Of a stretch of DNA of 64,000 bases, positions 12,295 to 21,881 are shown piece by piece. The notes under the pieces were generated by a model that saw only the letters and a list, made by a program, of their open reading frames with translations, was not told where the DNA came from and did no database searches. Origin of the DNA: Balanoglossus misakiensis. Lineage: Eukaryota; Animalia; Hemichordata. Made by a program: the position numbers and the translations under genes. Numbering within the stretch: the first letter of the stretch is position 1; each line of letters opens with the position of its first letter. The stretch lies in contig CM082582.2 in the NCBI GenBank assembly GCA_040954595.2, positions 7,690,063 through 7,754,062 of the forward strand. Direction: 5' to 3'.

Positions 12295-15200
12295 TTACAT
12301 TTTCGACACACGCTCTTCCAGGGACTTGAGCTCGTTGGCGACTTCTTGAGGCAGGTCTTGATTGACTTGCTCGTCGAAGTACGCACCGATCTCCTTGACT
12401 TCGTTCTGCCAGAAATCTTTGGGGACATTAAAAAGGTCCTTGTAACTGACATCTAAGTCAAGTCCATCCAGGTTGAGAGCGCCCTCTTTAGGGATGTTAC
12501 CGATGGCCGTCTTCACGGCGCTGTCCTCGCCGCTGCATCGACGGATGATCCAGTCGATGACGCGGGAGTTCTCGCCGAAGCCTGGCCAGACGAATTTCTC
12601 GTTCTTGTCCTTGAGGAACCAGTTGACGTGGTAGATCTTGGGGAGCTTCAGACCGGGTCTGTCCTCGAAGCTCAGCCAGTGACGCAGGTACCCGCCAAAG
12701 TTGTAGCCGAAGAAGGGTCTCATGGCGAATGGATCGTGCATCACCACCTTTGCTGTAATCCAAAATAAGAAACTACAATCAGCTTCCTGAAGTTGAATCA
12801 TAATATGAAGATCCTGTGCAGCAGCAACTGGTAGCACAAGTTCTTACAACTCTATATGAGAGAGTGCTAACAGTAGCTTTTCACAGATGACCAAAATCGA
12901 ATTATGGAGAACTGAAATTTCTCGATCGTAACGGTGCGCAAACGCAAGCTTGAACTGAACACAGAGACATTCTTTTACTTACCAGTGTGTTCAGCAGCTG
13001 CTGTAGCTTCTGATCTCATGGAAGCACCGACAAATACGCCGTGTTTCCAGTCGAGTGCTTCATACACTAGTGGCACACCTGGCAAATATAGGGCAGAATA
13101 GATCAGAGTTAGTCGCATGCAAAAAAGATCAAAATTCTGAATGCAAGTCAGGGATGTGGTGCCTCTCGTGTGATCAGAACGTTATAGTGACATCCACACT
13201 GTAAATTCTGAATGCACCCTCAAAAATTTGTCGAGGACATTGTGCCTTTTATTTTATCAGAATTGGTATTCAAAGTGTTATCAGGGGTGACATACACAAT
13301 GAAAATACTGAATTCAACTCTGAATGAGTAAGCACACGCCAAGACTGCTCCCATTTGGTACATTCAAGCGCGACATAAAAAGCATCAGGATGGTGTCAAG
13401 GACACTGTTCCCATTCCAGCAGACTTGGTGCATTCGTGTGTGATACATAAATTAGCAAGTTAGCTTTCTCTTTCATTATGCCGTAGTGCTAAACATACTT
13501 CTTGCAGAATCTGGAACTTAGTTTGAACTCAGATGACAAAACAAAATCTTGTCTAATACCTTTTGGTCTCCTGCCACCAAAGATGACGGCAGAAATAGGA
13601 ACACCCTCGGCACTTTCCCAGGCGGGGTCCATTGTCGGACACTGGCGCGCCGGTGTGCAGAATCTGGAGTTGGGATGCGCAGCCACCATTTTCTTGCCAT
13701 CGGCAGTCTTCATGTCCTTGTGCCAGTTCTTGACTCCCAGCCAAGTGGTAATTTTAGCATCCTGCATCAAGAAAAAGTAGTATACACCATTCAAAATAAA
13801 TGTATAACTAGCCCATATCAACGACATCACTGGGCAATAACCCAAAAATGATTGTATTTGTTCATCTTACTGTATCACCTGAAGGGTTAAGAAATAGAAT
13901 TTTTTTGCATTAACCTTTGGTGTTTCGTCTTCCAGTCCTTCCCAAAACACTCCACCGTCATCAGTAGAGGCGGTATTCGTGAATACGGTGTTAGCGGTAA
14001 TGCAAGCCATGGCGTTGGGGTTGGTCTTGGTGGACGTGCCCGGCGCCACGCCGAAGAATCCGCACTCGGGGTTGATGGCGCGAAGCTGGCCGTTCTTGTC
14101 GAATCTCATCCAGGCGATGTCGTCGCCCACGCACTCCACTTTGAAGCCGGGGATGGTGGGGTTCATCATGGCCAAGTTGGTCTTGCCGCAGGCACTGGGG
14201 AAGGCTGCCGCCACGTACTTCTTTTCGCCTTTCGGGTTGGTGATGCCCAAGATCTGAAACACACAAAAACCAGTATGCATGGTCATACAAAGATAACTGA
14301 GTTGTTGATGTGTGTGATATTGCCGTATAAACCAGCTGAGAGTGAGAGAGAGAGAGACAGCAAGGTACATAGATAGAACAATGCAGCCACAGGGAAACAG
14401 TCCGACAAGCTGAAATTTTCTAGCTTACTGTCAGTTGCTTTAGTTGGCTCCTGGCTAACATCTCTGGCACAGTAAGAGAATATTTCTGTCACATCACTAA
14501 TTTAATTCGGGTCTCAGTAGCACTGTCACAAAAAATCGGTCGCCTGCAGGGTCGGGGATGCCAAACCTCAATATTTAATTTTTAATGCCTGCGATTCGAG
14601 CCTTGCACTCTGATTTAGACAGCTTCCTTACCAACATGTGTTCCGCCAGCCATCCCTCATCCCTGGCGATGACGCTGGCAATTCTGAGAGCAAAGCACTT
14701 CTTTCCCAGCAAGGAATTGCCACCATAGCCGCTGCCGAATGAAATGATTTCTCTGTCCGCTGGCAAATGGGCTATCCAGGTTTTCTCCGGATTACACGGC
14801 CAGTTATTGACTGCTGGTTCTGAAAATCGGAGAGAATCACGAAAAGTTTATAAAGAAGAACTGAACAGATGAAATTCCACCTCCCAACACATATGTAGTT
14901 TTATTCTACTGAGTTTTGTAAACTTCAAATTTTTTCATGAGGAAAATATCAGGACTCGTATGCCCCAGTCAGAATATATTTAGATTAGAGTGACTTACTT
15001 TCCATTGGAAGTGGTTGACCCACAGTGTGTAGACATTTTACAAATTCCCCATCACCGAGCACATCAAGAACTTTGCTTCCCACTCTGGTCATGAGCTTCA
15101 TACAGGTCACTACATACAGTGAGTCTGTGCACTCTATGCCGACTTTGGACAGGGGCGACCCTATCGGTCCCATACTGTATGGAATAACGTACATGGTGCG

Positions 15201-17222
15201 ACCTGCAAAAAGAGATAGAATTACAATCCTCCAGTTGCACTTTTCAACTCGCAGAAAAAGAGGTAACGACGGCTTCCTGATATGTCATATTCAGTGCCAA
15301 TTACGGTGTACGATTACACCACCAGATCAGATTATAGAGGACTCCGAGAGAACCACCCATTGCTTTTTTTCAAGTAGACATTCCTCTGCGCGCAAGAAGT
15401 ATTTGTTTCACACTGCACGAAAAATCGCTGGCTACTGCACAAAATTCTGGCAGTACGAGACCACTTAATTCTGACAAGTTTTTTTACAAGCACTTTCCAA
15501 ATCAAAGATCACAGTACGGAAATGAATTTGTACTACAGCTATACCTTTCATGCATGACGGGAATCTGTCTTTCTTGAATACTTCAAAGTCCTTGGGTGAT
15601 ATCCATTGCGCCAACTTGCCCTTCACTCCTTTAGCTACAATAGGCCTGGTATCTCGCTCATTTGGTGTGCAAATGACAGTTTTACTCTCCACACGAGCTA
15701 CATCTTTAGGGTCAGTGTGCACCAGCCAACTGTAAAGAACAAGTGCAATTTGTCTGGCACAGAATTCCACAAGTCTGCATGGGTAACGGTATTCATTCCA
15801 TCAGAGCACCCTAGTCAAATATTAGACCCCTTGGGCTTTTTATAAAAAAAAAACTGTGCACGAAAGGTCCTCTATAAGTAAAATATTTGGGGAAAAGGCC
15901 GACTTTTAAGACAACAAATCTGATATTCGAGACATACCAGTTGTTGAGTTTTTTAATGGGTTTGATGACTCCATCGCTTTGCAGACGTTCCATGAACATT
16001 TTTTCTTCTTCTGCAGAACCGTCTAAAATGTGAATTTTATCAGGTTTGCAAAGGTCGGCATTCCTCTTGACATAGTCTCTCACATTTGGACTAAGTGCAT
16101 CTAGGTCGCCATGGACAACAGTGAAACATCTTGCATGAAGAGAATAAGGCGTTCTGTTCAGCTGGTGCTTCAGTAGTCCACAGGAGCGACTGTGAATGTA
16201 AACAGAATTTTTTTTAATGACAAAGAGCTTGGGTAATACACTTCTATCAAGTAATTTAACAGTTAAGACAACAGATTACCATTGTTTGCTCATAGGCTTT
16301 TACAGTAATCCCAATAAAGTGTTGACCTTCTGTGACCTTCTAAACTTGCATTTGTATTGTAATTACCTTACATTTGTTCAAGAACAGTTTCACTTACAAG
16401 ATCTGCCAGCAAAAAGGCAGTAAATCTAAATTGCATTTATATATTTTCTCTACACTGTAGTGAATCAATATGTCCAGCCCACATTGTGAAGTAAGGTGGT
16501 TGAGACACTATTTGTAATGTAAATTATACTGTTTGACACTTAAACTGTAGGCTTTTGTTCATGAAATGAAGGTCACACTAGGTCACATGTATGAGGTCAA
16601 TGACATGCGCGTCTGACAGTAGCAGCGCGCTCAGCACGCACAAGCGCAGCAGCGTTGAAGACAAGGACACGTCGACACTGTAGCGACCTTTATTGAAATA
16701 TATTCCGGACGCACTGTCGATGCCATTTTGGGCAACATGACTAGAAATTGCAGACTTTCAATCTCAAGAAGAACTGCCAGAAGACGAAGTAGACGCACAT
16801 GGTGTACTGTACGTACGTGCACATCGAAAGGTCACGGAAGTATACGGTGACACTCAGATGACCTTAACTGGCCAGCTCCGTTGTCGAGCATAATTTATAC
16901 ATCATATACATAAAATATCACCTGAAATCATCGGCTTGAAATGGGGACTTGAAATGGCGCCATGCACTACAGATTGAAACCTTTATTTACTTTCCTTGCA
17001 TATCAAGCCATAATATCGAAATTATTCTGGTTTGATGTGTCAAAAAAGACAGAAGCAAATTGCGAAAACGTCGGCTGTTAACAGCGAGGTCTCGATCGGT
17101 CACGTACACAGTGCAGTGGCTTCTTTGCCAAGGCCCTGCATTCATCAACGTAATATCAGGTTTTACAAAAAAAAAAATAGGATCTATACTTACCGCAATA
17201 GGTGTACATATAAAGACGGCAT
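12295..17222 (-). CDS. PCK2: Phosphoenolpyruvate carboxykinase (GTP), probably mitochondrial-type; PCK1/PCK2 pro-orthologue
   Basis: Exons 17222-17194 (first exon; alternative discussed in findings), 16189-15938, 15729-15545, 15202-14999, 14819-14632, 14253-13915, 13761-13560, 13078-12983, 12752-12295. Motifs: [44 protein letters not shown] (P-loop), [32 protein letters not shown]. The N-terminus is Arg-rich and lacks acidic residues, like a transit peptide. Confidence 0.95.
16323..16338 (-). promoter_or_regulatory. Perfect DR4 nuclear-receptor element in the PEPCK 5' intron
   Basis: TGACCT-TCTG-TGACCT on the plus strand, which is AGGTCA-N4-AGGTCA on the gene strand. Confidence 0.5.
16570..16599 (+). 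promoter_or_regulatory. Perfect DR4 plus a third AGGTCA half-site in the PEPCK 5' region
   Basis: AGGTCA-CACT-AGGTCA-N8-AGGTCA. Confidence 0.5.
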
Positions 17223-17711
17223 TTTGATGACCTTTTCAAACGTGGCAATTGCCTATCGCAGTCAAACCATATATCAGAATCCCAATCTGTCCAGGGATAG
17301 GAAATCAGTTACTGCTATTACCCGAGTCCCTGATGCTGTCAATGTTCAAAGGAAAGTTCCGAAGGTACAGGGTACAATTCATGTGATGTATTCCTCCGCC
17401 AAAAACATAAATCTGTCAAAATAGTATTTAATTTCGGGATGTGGTATTATTCCACATACGTGTGTGCTTCACGTGCTAATAAGTTTACCTAAGTCGTTAT
17501 TTAGGGTGCGTTGGTCTAAATTTTGAAAAGGGAATGTTCAGAAACGTAACATTTTTCAAGTGTCGCATTGATATTTTATATGTGTAATATGTGTAAACCG
17601 GCAAATATGGAGGTGTGTCACACTTGCGTTTGTGATTGGTTTACTAATCACATGTGATAAATGTTTACATGACAATAGAGCCAAGGTCAAAAGAGGCCAC
17701 CGGGCACTTAA

Positions 17712-18208
17712 AGGGACAAAGTCTCTCTCTCACTCTTCTTTTCCCATTTATTATGTTTGACTCACTACACTGTTTATGCTAATGCACATGTGGATATATA
17801 GTGAATCAACATTCAACCATCACGTTTGTAGGATATGAGAGTAAAAATCTCGCCAAAATGAATAAATGGTAAACACCGAATATTCATTTTGGCGAGTTTT
17901 TCACTCTTGTGCCTACATCTTGTGGGATGGAAGGTGTGTGTGGTTGAACTATGAGTAAAATTTCTCCATAATGTTTACCATAGAGATTGTCAAAGTCACT
18001 AAATTTGGCGGCCATTTTGAATGCCATAGACTAAGCACAGATATAGGCGGCCATTTTGAACCTCAAATTTGGCGGCCATTTTGAAAGTCTTAATTTTAAG
18101 GCAATTTTGAAAAGACCCCCTCTCCCCCCGAATTTAATGAGTAAATGAAGAATTATTTTCGGCAATAAATAATCTAAAGTAGCCAAAAATGAGAGAGACT
18201 TTGTCCTT
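17712..18208. mobile_element. TTAA-flanked Kolobok/T2-like MITE, family A, composite copy
   Basis: TTAA|AGGGACAAAGTCTCTCTC ... GAGAGAGACTTTGTCCTT|TTAA. It shares its left arm and central palindrome with 24367-24712 and carries three GGCGGCCATTTTGAA repeats. Confidence 0.8.
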
Positions 18209-19966
18209 TTAAAACAGCGAAGGTTTAATACCTTGTTAACGTTTTAACAACAAAACAAACTGAAACATTTCACTATGTAAGTGATAGCAAAGTGATCAAA
18301 GCAAATACACACACTCCAACACACACACAAACACACTTCGCCACTGAATATAATTCATAACCTGTTGAAATATCAATATTAAGGATACTAGATTTGTCTT
18401 TGTTTCTAAAATTACAAAACTCAACTCAGAACCATCTGACAGAAGGATACTGTTCATCAATTCTGGCTAATTTTGTATCACACAAAGTTCTTGTGTTATT
18501 ATATAATCTACAGGAAAAAAGATTACAAAGTTTGATTGTAATCTGCTTCAAACTTTACGCAATCAAACTGCAGCTATATAGATTTGTAGACTTAATTCAC
18601 TGACACTTATGTGGTACACAGAGAGTTACATATAAAGACAGATTTTTTAATTAGACAACATTACTCCTATTCCTTTACCTTTGACCCCTTAAAAGGGAGG
18701 ATTGTATTTATATTCGTTCACTGTCTTTGTGAGGCAATGACGCAACCCCAGTGATTTTCAATGGGAAGCTATCATTCTTTGGAGTACATGTACAGTAATT
18801 ATCATGGCTTTAGAAGGCACTGACTTCAAAAGAAAACATTGCTGGCAACATGCAGAACACAATACCGATACCCATTCACAGTGTTTTAAACCTGAAGTTG
18901 GCACTCGACACATGCATTGAAGTACATGTACTTTCTGCCATACCTTTATCACACACAGCACTCTAGCACCTGTGAAGATTATTTACTTTAATACAAAAGG
19001 ACTAAATATCGCTATCTTTGACACACACCTGTCGCATATATCATCGAAAAATGACCTCATAAATTATACACAATTTGAGGTGGGACTCAGCATCAATAGA
19101 AGCACATTGTAAAGGAACATAAGAATATACATGCACTGTATGTTATGCAATGTTCATGTTTATTGAAGTCTTTTCAGTGGTTCTACAGATATTGGACATG
19201 CTTGGAGATTAGAATCTTACTCTGTCTTCATAACTAAATCATTTTTCCAGTTGGTTACATTTATTGGCCATACACATCACCGGATTGCTTTTGATTTTGT
19301 TGCCTGGCTGTTTTGCTTGTCATTTCCCCATACGGGTGGATGAAAGTTTACTGTTCCAGCTATAAACATTATGTATGTCTGTAGAAGCTATTTTACCATT
19401 CGTCTGAACTTGTGATCAGGAAAACAAATTTCAGTTGTAGAATAGGAGCATTTTCATTCTAAATGATGGCAGATCAGATAATAGATTATCATATTAGCCA
19501 TATGCAAATCCATCGATGAAAATCTTTGTCTCTAGTGAATGAAATCTACATAATGATCACAAACTCTGCCAGCTTGTACAATTAAATCTCCTCCAATTAC
19601 ATCACTGTGCAACATGTGCAGATGAGACACATTGAGAAGCTGCCACAATACAAAAGGTGTGTGCGAGCATGTATGTGTCTCTAATAGACAGAGACACGCT
19701 CAAAGAGATCATTGGAAAAAAAAAATATTTTTAGCATGTAATTACAGCAAGACTGAACCTGACCTAAATTCTATGTTTTATTTTTAGTGCAGCCATGACT
19801 AGCAAAACTAAATACCCAATCTATTTTGTCAAAAAAAACCTTATATTTTAGCTAGTTTCCTTTGCTACAGCATTTTTGCCTCAAATTTAATGCATGGTCC
19901 TTTTTGAAACGTGTTGACATGGAAATAGTTGCCATGGGTACCAAGTATTTTGCACCGTGCAGTTTT

Positions 19967-20042
19967 TCAAAGTTTGGATGGAGAGGGTTTGGCGCTGGAC
20001 CCACTTGAAGTTTTCCTTTGCTTTCGTTCGGCGGTCGCTGGC
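19967..20042 (-). CDS. Predicted alternative terminal coding exon of the PTPN1/2 gene: (R)PATAERKQRKTSSGSSAKPSPSKL*
   Basis: Strong acceptor TCTTTTGTTTTTTGTTGTAG ends at 20043. The phase-2 entry is compatible with donors at 21958 and 22375, and the frame is open to TGA at 19969-19967. No transcript evidence. Confidence 0.55.
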
Positions 20043-20164
20043 CTACAACAAAAAACAAAAGACACTCAATCAGGTTCCACCATCTCTGTATGGACTGAGA
20101 AAAACTGCAGCTCAAAGAAAGTCTTCATCATTCTCACTGGCTGCAGTGTTGATCTTCAGTAGTA

Positions 20165-20292
20165 CAGTCAAACCTGTGTTAGTGGCCACTTTGTTACAGT
20201 CCCAGTGCAATTGACACTAATATTAATTGACCTGTCTATATTGGCCAGTTTAGGAAAGTCTTTTGACTGGTCACTATAGACACGTTTGACTG
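20165..20292. mobile_element. Degenerate pogo/Tigger-like MITE
   Basis: TA|CAGTCAAACCTGTGTTAGTGGCCAC ... TGGTCACTATAGACACGTTTGACTG, imperfect TIRs. Confidence 0.6.
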
Positions 20293-20769
20293 AATATGAA
20301 TTGAAGGGAATGGCAGAGAACTAGTATCGACTACAAGGAATCCAAATGTTTGCCTGTTGTGTCCAGTTTATAGAAGCTGTTGTCAGTTAACTGAAGCTCC
20401 TTGAGATAACATACACTGCAACCCTTCAAGCAGAACTCCCTCCCAAAACTAATTCACAGCAACCGTACATATTGAGTCAAAAAATCTTTTTATTGTTAAA
20501 AAGGAATACATCATAGGATATTTCTAAAGGTATAGATATCATACAGTGAAATGAAATGAATTTAAAAACTGGCCACTGACATTAAAATAATTTGGGCTCT
20601 CCCATTGTGCTACTTCACCGTTTTCTTTTACAAAAATCGTCCTGATGTGTGAATATTGAATGATAGGGCAGTACATGAAAGTTCCAATGTCTGTATGAAC
20701 TATCCTGGATGTAGTATGTGAACTAACCACAACAGAATTTTTTTTTTTACATCTACAATCATTGAAACG

Positions 20770-20900
20770 TCACTCACATATGCATGTGCGCAGACACACG
20801 CACTTACACAGATGCAAATGCGCACACACACATGTAAGCACACACACAAGCACTGTGATATGCACACACACACGTGTAAGTGCATACATGCACACCCATG
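20770..20900. repeat. Degenerate CA-rich repeat
   Basis: Runs of CACACA, GCAC and ATGC. Confidence 0.7.
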
Positions 20901-21881
20901 CTCTGTCTCTGGAGCTTGTGAAGCTTATGATCTTAAAAAATTATGATCATCAAATACATGATCAGAAAGTATTTATCTTTCCAAAAGCCTTATCTTTCTC
21001 AAATTCCTCAATTGACTAAAAGAGCCACAGAGAGCAGAGCACAACACAACAGTACATTAATGTTTATATTCAAACACCCAAGAAAAACATTTCACTACAT
21101 TCTCAAGTGTCACAAAAAGTGCAACTGGCCATCATTGATTTTAATAGTGACAGTTAACCCTTTCACCTCCATTTATCTGTGCACAAGTCCACTAATACAA
21201 AAGAAATCTGAGGTTCAACCAAAAATTGTGAAGCAGTTTGGATTGGACTTTCCCAGAGCGCTTTGCTGTCAAAGCTTCCTTTGCTGATCTCTATTTGTCA
21301 TCTTGAGGGTGCACACCTAGTGGCCAAAGTACAATAATCTGTTCTTTTTTTTTTACTGACAATGGACAATATATCGCTGTGAACGTATAACACTGACAGC
21401 TTTGCTTATACAAAAACACAAAAATTTGATGATGAAATATTTTAATCTGTAGAATCATAAAAGTCTTTCTCTTTCAACGACGGACACACTTCAGGTAAAA
21501 TCATAAAAATTCTTGTCCCAGTCTTTTTAGCTTTGTACAAATGGGCACGGATTCAGTTTCTCTCATGACTGAAGTTCTGAAGATAATTCAGACTGTTCTT
21601 ATAAAATCATTATAAGTAAGGATGCATACATATCAAACAGCGCCCCCAATATATAATGGGGCAATCATCGGGTCTCTTGCAAAACGAAAGAAACACTTTT
21701 ATTGAAACCAACGTGTGACCTGAATTTTTTTTTATACATGAATGTATACCACTTTTGAGGTACGCCTACCGCTGTACTCCACTGTGAAACTAAAATACTG
21801 GAACCTGGAGAAAGTTTATATGTTAGACCTTTTGCTACTTCAATATTAAAATCTTTCGATAAAACTGAAAATGTGTCAATG

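Noticed and set aside
12295-12306. PEPCK ends in -SKM, a PTS1-like tripeptide
   Set aside because: Vertebrate PEPCKs end similarly (-SQM, -HKM as I recall), so it is most simply the ordinary family terminus.
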